Below, piece after piece: positions 37,719 through 47,222 of a DNA stretch of 64,000 bases. Every line of letters begins with the position of its first letter. Position 1 is the first letter of the stretch. Source of the DNA: Spirochaetota bacterium (GTDB lineage: Bacteria; Spirochaetota; UBA12135; COTS27; CAXSBA01); the NCBI GenBank assembly GCA_965277105.1, contig OZ255710.1, positions 24,730-88,729 of the forward strand. The letters are read 5' to 3'. The notes beneath the pieces were generated by a model. That model made no database searches and had not been told where the DNA came from. It worked only from the letters and a program-made list of their open reading frames with translations. A program made the position numbers and the translations under genes.

Positions 37719-38345
37719 ATGAGTTTTACATTACCCGAGTTAAATTACAGCTATGATGCTTTAGAGCCCCATTTCGACGCTAAGACAATGGAGATCCACC
37801 ATACTAAACATCATCAAACCTATACCGATAATTTAAATAAGATTATTGCCAGTGAAGGATATGGGGACCTTTCCATTGAAGAAATTTTAGAAAAAGTAAA
37901 CGGTAATCGTTTTAGTAAAGAAGATGCCTCCCCTGCGATAAGGAATAATGGAGGTGGTTATTACAATCATAAGCTATTTTGGGAAATTTTAGACCCTAAA
38001 GATAGACCAGGGAATGCCCCAGTAGATGAAGTAAAAGAAAAAATAGATGAAGCCTTTGGTTCTTTTACTAACTTTAAGGAAGAATTTGCCAAAGCAGCTA
38101 CTACTAGATTCGGAAGTGGTTGGGCTTGGCTGTGTAAAAAAGAAGATGGGAGTTTAGCCGTTATTTCGACAGCGAATCAGGATAATCCTTTAATGCCAAT
38201 TGTAAATGCCGGAAAACCTATTTTAGGATTAGATGTTTGGGAGCATGCCTATTATTTAAAATTTCAAAATCGCCGCCCCAAGTACATTAATGCTTTTTGG
38301 GATGTGGTAAATTGGCGAGTAGTAAACGAAAAATTCCATTCTTAA
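37719..38345 (+). CDS. Fe/Mn superoxide dismutase
   Basis: 208 aa. LPELNYSYDALEPHFD, HHTKHHQTY, DVWEHAYYL. Confidence 0.95.
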   Translation: MSFTLPELNYSYDALEPHFDAKTMEIHHTKHHQTYTDNLNKIIASEGYGDLSIEEILEKVNGNRFSKEDASPAIRNNGGGYYNHKLFWEILDPKDRPGNAPVDEVKEKIDEAFGSFTNFKEEFAKAATTRFGSGWAWLCKKEDGSLAVISTANQDNPLMPIVNAGKPILGLDVWEHAYYLKFQNRRPKYINAFWDVVNWRVVNEKFHS

Positions 38346-38348
38346 TTT

Positions 38349-39644
38349 TTGTTATTCTCTAAAAGCAATCTAGCATTTCAAAATGCTAATCAACACTTAG
38401 TAGGGGGAGTAAATTCTCCCGCTAGGGCTTTTAAAGCAGTCCATCGTTCTCCTGTTTTTATTGAAAAAGCTGAAGGAGCAAAGATAATTGATTTAGATGG
38501 CAATGAGTACATTGACTATATTTGCTCTTGGGGGGCGATTATCTTAGGTCACGCAGATAAAAGTGTTCAAAAAAAAGTTACTGAGCGTTTAGCCTTGGGT
38601 AGTAGTTTTGGAGCTCCCACGCTTTTAGAAACTACTATGGCCACGCTAGTTAAAAAATGCTTGCCTTTTGCTGATAAGGTAAGGATGGTTAATTCGGGAA
38701 CAGAAGCTACTTTTTCCGCAATAAGGTTAGCGAGAGGATACACTAAAAAGAATAAAATTTTAAAGTTTAAGGGCTGCTATCATGGGCATGGCGATAGCTT
38801 TTTAATTGCTGCTGGTTCAGGGGCCCTTACTCTAGGCAAGCCCAATAGCCCCGGAATACCTCCAAGTGTGGCTAAGGAAACTTTGTTAGCGGAGTATAAT
38901 AATTTTGATGAAGTGGAAGAAATTTTTGCCAAATATAAAAACGATTTAGCTGCGGTTATTATTGAGCCAGTCGCTGGCAATATGGGGCTCATTAAAGCAG
39001 AAAAAAAATTTCTGCAAAAATTAAGAGCAATCACTAAAGAAAATAATACTCTCCTTATTTTTGATGAAGTGATGACCGGATTTCGTTTAGCTTTAGGGGG
39101 AGCTAGTGAGCTGTTTAAAATTTATCCCGATATTATTTGCCTAGGGAAAGTAATTGGTGGTGGGTTTCCCGTAGGTGCTTTTGCCGGCAAAAAAGAAGTG
39201 ATGGAGCATTTATCTCCTGAAGGTCCCGTCTATCAAGCAGGAACTCTTTCCGGCAACCCCGTTGCTATGGCTGCTGGCATTAGTGTTTTGGAGCGTTTGA
39301 TTGAGAAAAACATTTATGACGATTTAGAAAAAAAGGCAGGTTATTTGGAAAAGCAGATTCGTTTTTTAATAAAAAAATATCATTTAACTATCGTATTTAA
39401 TCGAGTAGGGAGTATGTTTACTCTTTTTTTTAATCCTTTAAAAGAAGTCACTAATTTTTCTCAAGCCCAAAAAAGCCAAGTAGAAAAGTTTAGTTACTTT
39501 TTTAATAAACTTTTAGAAAAGCGAGTTTACTTCCCGCCTTCTCAGTTTGAAGCTACTTTTTTAAATCAAAAACATTCTTTAAAAGATATTAATAAAACAC
39601 TTAATGCTATGGAAGCTATTTTTAAAGGAATGGTTAGAGAGTAA
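38349..39644 (+). CDS. hemL: Glutamate-1-semialdehyde 2,1-aminomutase
   Basis: 431 aa, TTG start. GGVNSPARAF, FDEVMTGFR, and PLP-lysine context CLGKVIGGG. Confidence 0.92.
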   Translation: MLFSKSNLAFQNANQHLVGGVNSPARAFKAVHRSPVFIEKAEGAKIIDLDGNEYIDYICSWGAIILGHADKSVQKKVTERLALGSSFGAPTLLETTMATLVKKCLPFADKVRMVNSGTEATFSAIRLARGYTKKNKILKFKGCYHGHGDSFLIAAGSGALTLGKPNSPGIPPSVAKETLLAEYNNFDEVEEIFAKYKNDLAAVIIEPVAGNMGLIKAEKKFLQKLRAITKENNTLLIFDEVMTGFRLALGGASELFKIYPDIICLGKVIGGGFPVGAFAGKKEVMEHLSPEGPVYQAGTLSGNPVAMAAGISVLERLIEKNIYDDLEKKAGYLEKQIRFLIKKYHLTIVFNRVGSMFTLFFNPLKEVTNFSQAQKSQVEKFSYFFNKLLEKRVYFPPSQFEATFLNQKHSLKDINKTLNAMEAIFKGMVRE

Positions 39645-39664
39645 GAATCTAAGGAGCACTTATT

Positions 39665-39964
39665 ATGGATGAAAAATTTCATCAAGAAAGAGCGGCTGAA
39701 ATTTTATTTCAAATTAGTAAAAAAGCGAGTGTGGATAGAATCAACCAAAAAGTCGAAAACTTATCTAAAAGTGCATCTACTACTTCTCCTACTCCTCGTG
39801 CAGTTTTGCCGAAGCAAAAGCAAAAAGAAATCGATGATTTTTTCGCTAATCCAGAAAACGTAAAAAAACTCGAAAAGCGGTTTAATAAAAACTTAAAAGA
39901 AATATTAAAATACTTGCTTAAAAGAAAACAAGAAAAAAAAAATCAAGAAAATAAGAAGCTTTGA
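39665..39964 (+). CDS. Small basic hypothetical protein
   Basis: 99 aa, K/E-rich with an S/T/P-rich centre. Its stop overlaps the start of the downstream radical SAM gene by 4 nt. Confidence 0.4.
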   Translation: MDEKFHQERAAEILFQISKKASVDRINQKVENLSKSASTTSPTPRAVLPKQKQKEIDDFFANPENVKKLEKRFNKNLKEILKYLLKRKQEKKNQENKKL

Positions 39965-41088
39965 ATTTTAAAGGTGAAGATTTTCTTTTAGCTGAAAATA
40001 CAAAAAAATTAATCAAAGAGCACACTTTAATTGATCACTGGTTTCCTTGGAAATTTTCTTTTAATGTTTTTAGTGGCTGCGAGTATTCTTGCGTTTATTG
40101 CCGAGCCAACTGGAGAAAAGAAAAAAAAATTATTTATAAAAAAAATATTTTAGCTCAACTTCAAAAAGAGCTAACTCCTATTCCCCAAGGTTCTTTAATT
40201 GGAATAGGGGGAGGTGTCAATGAAACTTTCTCGTTCAATCAAGAAAAAAACCAAAAAGTTTTAGAAGTTATTGATTTGCTCATTACCGAAAATTATCAAC
40301 CAGTGATAATGACTAAAAATTTAGCAGCTTTTTATCAAGCTACTAAAAACTTTTGGAAGAAATATCCCCAGGGGAAATTCCCAATTATTATCTATAGTTA
40401 CAGTGGTTTATCTAACCAATTTCACGCTCTTTTAGAAAAAGATATTCCGGTTATTGATTTTGGCATTATCGAAAAAGTAAAGCAAGCAGGGTTTAAGCTG
40501 GGAATTTTTTTGTCCCCTATTATCCCTTGGGTAAATGATGATCTAAACAACTGGAAAGATATTATTGCAACTCTCAAGCACTTTAATCTTGATTTTCTGC
40601 TAGTCGATTTTTTAGATACTGCTGGACTAGGACGTCTTAGCGAAAAACTATCTCCGTTACTTCAAGAAGAAGAAAAAAACTTTTTCGAAAAAATACTTGC
40701 TAGTCGAGATAATTATCAGCGCTATCAACTCCAAGTGGCTAAGGCTTTAACCGAGATAATAATTGCTAATCATATCCCCCTTAAAATCCCGCATGCTTTT
40801 TTTTGTAATAAAGTAAGTTTGAAAGACGAAGTAACTATTATCCTTTACTATATTTTTTTTTATAAAAATATTTTGGAAAAAGATGAGAAAAATAAAAGTT
40901 TTTATTACGCGGCTTTTAACATTAATAAATTACCTTTTGCGGATTGGCAAGAAAAAATTAAGAGCAAAAATCTAACCACAATAAAAGGCGTAGGAGAAGT
41001 TATTAGTAAAGTGATTAGTGAAATAATTCTAAAAAGAAATTATAGCTACTTGGATGATGTATTAAAAGAGGTTTATCCAAAAAGTTAA
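39961..41088 (+). CDS. Radical SAM protein, SplB/DNA-photolyase-like (COG1533-like) with C-terminal helix-hairpin-helix-like tail
   Basis: 375 aa, TTG start. FNVFSGCEYSCVYCRANW (CxxxCxxC). C-terminal LTTIKGVGEVISKVI. Confidence 0.65.
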   Translation: MNFKGEDFLLAENTKKLIKEHTLIDHWFPWKFSFNVFSGCEYSCVYCRANWRKEKKIIYKKNILAQLQKELTPIPQGSLIGIGGGVNETFSFNQEKNQKVLEVIDLLITENYQPVIMTKNLAAFYQATKNFWKKYPQGKFPIIIYSYSGLSNQFHALLEKDIPVIDFGIIEKVKQAGFKLGIFLSPIIPWVNDDLNNWKDIIATLKHFNLDFLLVDFLDTAGLGRLSEKLSPLLQEEEKNFFEKILASRDNYQRYQLQVAKALTEIIIANHIPLKIPHAFFCNKVSLKDEVTIILYYIFFYKNILEKDEKNKSFYYAAFNINKLPFADWQEKIKSKNLTTIKGVGEVISKVISEIILKRNYSYLDDVLKEVYPKS

Positions 41089-41120
41089 TTTAGAAAATTC
41101 TCTAATCTGCTTAACCATTT

Positions 41121-41218
41121 CTATTATGGTTTTTCTATTATGGTTTTTCTATTATGGTTTTTCTATTATGGTTTTTCTATTATGGTTTTTCTATTATGGT
41201 TTTTCTATTATGGTTTTT
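41121..41218. repeat. Perfect tandem repeat, 7 copies of a 14-nt unit CTATTATGGTTTTT
   Basis: Read directly: units start at 41121, 41135, 41149, 41163, 41177, 41191 and 41205, all identical. Lies 33 nt after the radical SAM stop and 100 nt before the prfB start. Confidence 0.95.
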
Positions 41219-41318
41219 ATTAAGTTAGCCTTCACTACTCATTACTCATACTATAATAATAGAAGTGTTAAAAAATCTTCTAATCAATTTTAATTTTCTG
41301 TTCTCCTAAATTTTATTT

Positions 41319-42419
41319 ATGTTTGCTGAAGTAAAAGAAACAGCTAGTAGCCTTCTAAGTAAAGTAGAAACCACTTTAGAAACCGATTCTTTTTTAACCA
41401 ATAAGAAAAAATTAGCCGAATTATTAGTCAAGCAAAAAACCCCTGATTTTTTCAATCAAGATTTTAAAATCATTAAAGATCATAATCAAAAAGTAAAAAA
41501 TTTAGAAAAAAAAATCAATCCTTGGTTAAATCTTAAAAACGAATTATTAGACCTCGTTACTTTAATTGGAATAGCGGAAGAAGAAAAAGAAGAAGATTAC
41601 TTAAATGAAATTAACCAAAAAATCACTAGTCTATCTAATGAATTAAATACTCTCGAGAAAAGGCATTTTTTTAAAGAGGAAATTGATGAAACTGATTGCT
41701 ACCTTATCTTTCAAGCGGGGGCAGGGGGGACAGAGAGCTGCGACTGGGCGGCGATGCTTTACCGTCTTTACACTCGTTGGGCTGAAAAAAAGGAATTTAA
41801 AATTTCGGTTATCGATTACCAAAGCGGAGAAGAAGTTGGTTTAAAGTCGGCTATTCTTTTAGTTGAGGGGATTTACTCTTATGGACTTTTGAAAGTAGAA
41901 AATGGTGTTCATCGCTTGGTGAGAATTTCCCCTTTTGATGCCAATAAAAAAAGGCATACTTCCTTTGTTTCCTTAAGTGTTATCCCAGAAATAAAAGACG
42001 ACATTGTGGTGGATATTAATCCTAGTGATCTGCGCATTGACACTTATCGCTCTAGCGGAGCCGGGGGGCAGCATGTCAATACTACCGACTCGGCCGTGAG
42101 GATTACTCACCTCCCCACTCATATTGTGGTTGCTTGTCAAGCCGAGCGTAGCCAACATCAAAATAAAGAGAAAGCCATGAAGATACTGAGGGCTAAACTT
42201 TATGAGCATTATAAGCAAGAAAAACAAAAAAAAGAAAGTAGTAGCGCTGGAGAAAAGAAAAAAATCGAATGGGGTTCGCAGATCCGCTCTTATGTTTTTC
42301 ATCCTTACAATATGATAAAAGATCATCGCACTAATTTTGAGACGGGTAATATTGGGCCAGTAATGGACGGGGAAATTGACGAGTTTATTTACTCCTATTT
42401 AAAACAACAAGCAGGATAA
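41319..42419 (+). CDS. prfB: Peptide chain release factor 2 (single uninterrupted frame)
   Basis: 366 aa. SPF tripeptide (RISPFD), GGQ (SGAGGQHVNTTDSAVR). Confidence 0.95.
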   Translation: MFAEVKETASSLLSKVETTLETDSFLTNKKKLAELLVKQKTPDFFNQDFKIIKDHNQKVKNLEKKINPWLNLKNELLDLVTLIGIAEEEKEEDYLNEINQKITSLSNELNTLEKRHFFKEEIDETDCYLIFQAGAGGTESCDWAAMLYRLYTRWAEKKEFKISVIDYQSGEEVGLKSAILLVEGIYSYGLLKVENGVHRLVRISPFDANKKRHTSFVSLSVIPEIKDDIVVDINPSDLRIDTYRSSGAGGQHVNTTDSAVRITHLPTHIVVACQAERSQHQNKEKAMKILRAKLYEHYKQEKQKKESSSAGEKKKIEWGSQIRSYVFHPYNMIKDHRTNFETGNIGPVMDGEIDEFIYSYLKQQAG

Positions 42420-42431
42420 CTTTTTTTAAAA

Positions 42432-43529
42432 TTGCTTATAGCTAAAATCGTTAAAAGAAATTTAATTTTCAAAAAACCAGCTATTACTTCTCGCGACGTT
42501 TTAACTCAAAAAACCGTTTATCTTTTACTTTTAAAAAATAAAAAAACCGAAAAAATTGGAATTGGAGAATGCACTTTTATTCAAGGACTTAGTTTTGATA
42601 ATGAGCGTTATTATCAAAAAAAATTGAAATGGTTGCAAGCAAATATTCATCTAGGAGAAGCTAAATTAAAAAAAGCATTAGTTGATTATCCCTCTATTGT
42701 TTTTGGTTTAGAAATGGCTTTTATTTCACTAAAACAATTTCCTAAAGTGCTTTATCCTTCAGTTTGGAATAACCCTAGTGCTAGTGGGGTTCCCGATTCG
42801 CCTCTTATTATTAATGGTTTAGTTTGGATAGGAGATTATGCGAGCATGGAAAAAGCAATTAATGAACTTCTCAAAAAATCTTTTCGTTGCATTAAACTTA
42901 AAGTAGGGGCACTGCATTTTAATCAAGAGTTAGCTTTAATAAAAATGATTCGCGAGCGAAATGATAAAGTTATTATTCGTTTAGATGCTAATGGAGCCTG
43001 GGGGAAGGAGAAGCCGACATTAACTAAAATGAAAAAAATAATGCATAAGCTAGAGCAATTAGAAAAATTAAAAATTCACTCCATCGAACAGCCCATTCAA
43101 AAAAATAATTTAGATCTTTTAACTGCAATTATTAAAGAAAGCCCTATCCCCATTGCCCTTGATGAAGAACTCATTGGCTTTCACGATTTAATTGCTAAAA
43201 AAAGCCTTTTAGAAAAAATCCAGCCTCACTATCTGGTTTTGAAAGCTAGTTTATTGGGAGGGGTAACTGCTTGTCTTGAATGGATTAGTTTAGCTGAAAA
43301 ATTAGGGATTAAGTGGTGGGCTACTTCTGCTTTAGAAAGTAGTTGGGGGCTTAGTTATATTGCTCAGTGGGTAGCCAGTTTGAAACCTAAAGAAATTCAA
43401 GGCTTAGGAACTGGGAGTATTTATGAGAATAATTTCCCTAGTTCTCTCCGCTTAGAAAATGACGAACTTTATTTCGATGCCACCTTATATGAAAAAAATC
43501 TTTTAGCTTTAAAAAATATTTTTAATTAA
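42432..43529 (+). CDS. menC: Enolase-superfamily protein, o-succinylbenzoate synthase-like
   Basis: 365 aa, TTG start. KLKVG, IRLDANGAW, IEQP, ALDEEL metal-ligand pattern of the MR/MLE/OSBS subgroup. Confidence 0.6.
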   Translation: MLIAKIVKRNLIFKKPAITSRDVLTQKTVYLLLLKNKKTEKIGIGECTFIQGLSFDNERYYQKKLKWLQANIHLGEAKLKKALVDYPSIVFGLEMAFISLKQFPKVLYPSVWNNPSASGVPDSPLIINGLVWIGDYASMEKAINELLKKSFRCIKLKVGALHFNQELALIKMIRERNDKVIIRLDANGAWGKEKPTLTKMKKIMHKLEQLEKLKIHSIEQPIQKNNLDLLTAIIKESPIPIALDEELIGFHDLIAKKSLLEKIQPHYLVLKASLLGGVTACLEWISLAEKLGIKWWATSALESSWGLSYIAQWVASLKPKEIQGLGTGSIYENNFPSSLRLENDELYFDATLYEKNLLALKNIFN

Positions 43530-43545
43530 ATTAAAATAATAAATT

Positions 43546-44310
43546 ATGCCGTATGACTTCTCGGATCATTTCCTTGATTACCAATCACGCCATTTAGTGT
43601 TAAAAGAAATTAGTTTAGCTGGTGTAGAAAAAATAAAAAAAGCAAAAGTATTAGTAGTTGGACTAGGGGGGCTTGGCAGTGTGGTAGCTCTTTATTTAGC
43701 CCATAGTGGGGTGGGCGAGTTGGGCATTTGTGATTACGATCAAGTGGAGTTGTCCAACTTAGGAAGGCAAATCACTTATTCCCTTAATGACTTACAAAAA
43801 CCTAAAGCAGCGGTTGTGGAAAAACTCTTGAAAGCAAAAAATCAAGAGATTAAAATTACGCCCTATTTTCAAAAAATAAATCAGGAAAATTTTTATAACC
43901 TAACTCAAAATTATGATTTAATAGTAGAAGCCGTTGATGACACTCGGGAGAAAGTTCTCATTCACGATTTAGCTGTTCGTCATCAAAAACCTTTAGTGCA
44001 TGCAGGAGTATTGGGCTTTAAGGGGCAACTACTTACTATTATTCCCGGTGAGACCGCTTGTCTGAGGTGCTTTTTTCATGATTTAAGTGATTTTTCTGCT
44101 TCGGGTAATTGCGCTCGTGATGGGGTTTTTTCTCCATTAGTGGGGGTGTTAGGAGCTTTACAGGCTAGTGAGGCGCTAAAATTTTTTGCTTTGAAAAAAG
44201 AAAATCTGCAAGTTAATGCCCTTCTGCAAGTTGATTTGCTTGAGCAAGGTTTTAGAAAAATTTCTATAAATTACCCTACTGGTTGCCAGTTTTGTGTTGT
44301 AAAAAATTAA
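43546..44310 (+). CDS. ThiF/MoeB/HesA-family E1-like adenylyltransferase
   Basis: 254 aa. VVGLGGLGS nucleotide loop, LGRQ, and two CxxC pairs (CLRC, CQFC). Confidence 0.8.
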   Translation: MPYDFSDHFLDYQSRHLVLKEISLAGVEKIKKAKVLVVGLGGLGSVVALYLAHSGVGELGICDYDQVELSNLGRQITYSLNDLQKPKAAVVEKLLKAKNQEIKITPYFQKINQENFYNLTQNYDLIVEAVDDTREKVLIHDLAVRHQKPLVHAGVLGFKGQLLTIIPGETACLRCFFHDLSDFSASGNCARDGVFSPLVGVLGALQASEALKFFALKKENLQVNALLQVDLLEQGFRKISINYPTGCQFCVVKN

Positions 44311-44315
44311 AACTG

Positions 44316-44915
44316 TTATTTTAAAATGAGGGTAAATGCAATATAATACATAATGACTGCTATAACTAAATTTATTATTTTCCAAGCAGTTGGTTTTTGA
44401 AGAAGAGGGCTTACTCTACTAGCCCCATAGCCTAAGCCAAAAAACCAGAATAAAGAAGCGGTGAAGCAACCAAGAAGAAAAGTAATTTTTTCTTTAAAAG
44501 GGTACGGGGCAGCCACGCTTCCGATTAAAACTACCGTGTCGAGATAAACATGCGGGTTTAGGAAAGTTATTGATAAAGTGTGAATTATAGTAGAAGATTT
44601 AGAAGACGGTTTAGAAGAAATACTTTTTATACTTTCTTTACCTTGGAAGAATGCCTTAAGTTTTAGAGTGCCATACCCAAACAAATAAATAGCTCCTAAG
44701 CAGGTTAGTATTTTTAACCAAAGGCTATTCTTAGTAAAAAGAGAACCTATTCCAATGCCCCCTAAAGTCATCAGCAAAAAGTCACTTAGAAAACAAATAA
44801 GGCAAACTAAAAAAATATTTTTTCTTAAAATACCTTGCTGAAGAACAAAGGCATTTTGGCTGCCAATGGCTATAATGAGACTGGCTCCTAAAAAGAAGCC
44901 ATTCAAGAAAAGCAT
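44316..44915 (-). CDS. LysE/ArgO-family amino-acid exporter
   Basis: 199 aa, six TM. N-terminus GASLIIAIGSQNAFVLQQG, typical of LysE/ArgO. Confidence 0.8.
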   Translation of the reverse strand: MLFLNGFFLGASLIIAIGSQNAFVLQQGILRKNIFLVCLICFLSDFLLMTLGGIGIGSLFTKNSLWLKILTCLGAIYLFGYGTLKLKAFFQGKESIKSISSKPSSKSSTIIHTLSITFLNPHVYLDTVVLIGSVAAPYPFKEKITFLLGCFTASLFWFFGLGYGASRVSPLLQKPTAWKIINLVIAVIMYYIAFTLILK

Positions 44916-44933
44916 TAGTAGGGAAAAACTCTA

Positions 44934-47222
44934 TTAGCTGGTCGAGCTAATGGCTTTTTCATGTTGAATTTCAATTATTTTATAAAAAATATATTTTTTT
45001 AAAGAATCTTGCTTGGGTATTTCTAATAAAAAAGGATTATTCTCACTTATTTTATTATAAACTAAATCTATATTGCTCTCATCTATTTCTTCTATAGAAA
45101 AAGTATTCACCATTTGCGTGATCAATTTATTTACTTTTTCAAGATTTTCCTGGGTTTTAGTTTCATCTTCATTGTCATTCCATTCATATAAAAAATTTAA
45201 GATTTTTTTTTTAAAATTTTTTGGGTTGTTTAGTTCGGGGAATTTTTTAATTAATAAAGATTTTTTATCAGGGGGCTTGGTAGAAGTACTGTTAGTTTTT
45301 TTTAAGGGAAGGTTTTTAGAATTTTCTTGGTTGTTAGCAAATGTTTTTTTAAATAAATTTTTTAGTTCTTGATATTTTTCTTTTAAAAAAGAATTTTTTT
45401 TTTTAGGTTCGTTAGGATTTTTTCTAACTAAGAAAGAGAAAAAATTTTGCAAAAATTCTTTAGTAGTATAAAAAATAATGACAAAAAAATTCACACCTAG
45501 GTCGTCTAAAAATTTTTCTCTCATTTCTATAGGGTTTATATCGAAAATTTCCTCTATTTTTTTTATACGACCAAATTCATCGAAAATACTTTTTAAAAAA
45601 ACTAGTAGTAGTTCTTTTTTCTTCGAAAAATCTTTTATGCAAAGTTCTGGGACCAATTTTTCATAGCTTATTGCTTCCATTTCATTAAAAAATAAATTAT
45701 CAATTAAATAATTAATATCGCTTTGTTTTAAATGCAAAAGATCTATTCGAGTTTTCTTAAAAGAGTTTAAAATGAAATAGTACAAAGTAGAGTAAAGAGG
45801 AGAAATAGATTTTCTTACAATAAAGTTATACTCTTCTAAGTAGTTAGGAGAAAAAAGTTTTTGGTGGTTTCCCCTATATTTATTTTTTAACTTTTGAATA
45901 ATGTTTTCTTTTTCACTACTAGTAAATGTTAAAAAGCAAGAAATTAGCCTTGTTCGATGAAGGTAGTAAATAGTCCCTTTTATTTTAAATAATAAAAATT
46001 CCTTGAAAAGATTTTCTTTTTCGTTCTTGGTTTCAATGTATTTGATAAAATCTTTTTTCTTATAAAGACTATTAAAAATTAATGGTTTTTCTTCTTCTTC
46101 TGCTAGATTGAGATTGTCTATAAAACTATATTTGAATGGAAAAAAAATAGGTTGATTATTAATATATTGGGAATGCTTTAAAGCTTTAATAAAAACCTTT
46201 TTAAAGTGCTCTTGTTTTTCTTCTTTTCCTTTTTCTTCTTCTCGAATTTTTTCTCGATGATTATAAGCTATTTGTGAAAGTAAAATCGCCGATATTAGTT
46301 GGTTGAAAAGCTCTAAAGAAATTTGATTATTTTGGTTCCTTTTTTTTTCATAAATATTTTTGACAATTATTTGAAAGATTTGCGAGAAATAAAGGAAATA
46401 AGGATCTTGGATGCGCATTGAATTTAAAACCGAGTAAACTTTTACTGGGCTTAATTTTTTTTCTTCTAATTTATTGGCGACGAATACTTTAAATTCTTGA
46501 TTTTTTTCATCGTTATAAAAGTCTTTAATTAAGTTAATTAGTGAATAAGTTATTTCGATAGAAGAAAGTAGAGGCAGGATAATTTTCCCGGAAAATCCTT
46601 TTTTAATGACAAAAATAAAAAATAATTTATCTTCTCGGTTTTGAAAGTAACTTTCTAAGTTATCTAAGTTGATGTCGTTAAAAGAGATCTCAATCCCATA
46701 ATTTTCTACTATGGAAATATTGATGCCAATGGTTTCGGCTAGTTCTTCTAGTTTGAAAATTTTGGCCTTACTAGCTTTTACCATTTCAAAGTTTTCACTG
46801 ACAAATTTCTTGATTTTTTTAAAATGCTGTAAGTTTTTTTTTTTTTCTTCTAATAACTTTATGGTTTGAGGAGTATTGTCGTCTTTGTAAGATAATATTT
46901 CTATGATCTGAACTCCTTCGTCGCTTAAAAAATTAATAATGTCTGAGACCGCATCTCGAAAATCTTTTTGTTTGATATTTCGCTTTTTTTCAAAATAAAA
47001 CTCTTCAAATAAGTCTAAATCAATTACTGGGCTATTGACCTTTTCTTGAATGCAGTAATCACACATTTCATCAAAAATGGTGCTCATCGTTTTAGAAAAA
47101 GGTAATTTTCTAATAATTGCCTGCCTTTTGAAAATATTACTTTTGATAGCGTAAAGCGGGATATTGTGCGATTTGTCTTCGAAAATTTTCTCTCTTGCTT
47201 CGGTTGATGTATTTGTGCTCAT
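44934..47222 (-). CDS. Large hypothetical protein (orphan)
   Basis: 762 aa, K/E/N/F/I-rich, no motif recognised. Its ATG overlaps the fbp stop (TAATG), implying co-translation with murB-fbp. Confidence 0.5.
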   Translation of the reverse strand: MSTNTSTEAREKIFEDKSHNIPLYAIKSNIFKRQAIIRKLPFSKTMSTIFDEMCDYCIQEKVNSPVIDLDLFEEFYFEKKRNIKQKDFRDAVSDIINFLSDEGVQIIEILSYKDDNTPQTIKLLEEKKKNLQHFKKIKKFVSENFEMVKASKAKIFKLEELAETIGINISIVENYGIEISFNDINLDNLESYFQNREDKLFFIFVIKKGFSGKIILPLLSSIEITYSLINLIKDFYNDEKNQEFKVFVANKLEEKKLSPVKVYSVLNSMRIQDPYFLYFSQIFQIIVKNIYEKKRNQNNQISLELFNQLISAILLSQIAYNHREKIREEEKGKEEKQEHFKKVFIKALKHSQYINNQPIFFPFKYSFIDNLNLAEEEEKPLIFNSLYKKKDFIKYIETKNEKENLFKEFLLFKIKGTIYYLHRTRLISCFLTFTSSEKENIIQKLKNKYRGNHQKLFSPNYLEEYNFIVRKSISPLYSTLYYFILNSFKKTRIDLLHLKQSDINYLIDNLFFNEMEAISYEKLVPELCIKDFSKKKELLLVFLKSIFDEFGRIKKIEEIFDINPIEMREKFLDDLGVNFFVIIFYTTKEFLQNFFSFLVRKNPNEPKKKNSFLKEKYQELKNLFKKTFANNQENSKNLPLKKTNSTSTKPPDKKSLLIKKFPELNNPKNFKKKILNFLYEWNDNEDETKTQENLEKVNKLITQMVNTFSIEEIDESNIDLVYNKISENNPFLLEIPKQDSLKKYIFYKIIEIQHEKAISSTS

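Noticed and set aside
41121-41218. Considered whether the 14-nt repeat array could be a CRISPR array or a coding repeat.
   Set aside because: The units are contiguous with no spacers, and 14 nt is far shorter than CRISPR repeats. There are no cas genes. It is a simple tandem repeat.
41319-42419. Looked for the programmed +1 frameshift (in-frame TGA near codon 25) usual in prfB.
   Set aside because: The RF2 ORF is uninterrupted from ATG 41319 (366 aa with SPF and GGQ motifs). A substantial minority of bacteria lack the frameshift, so this is not anomalous.
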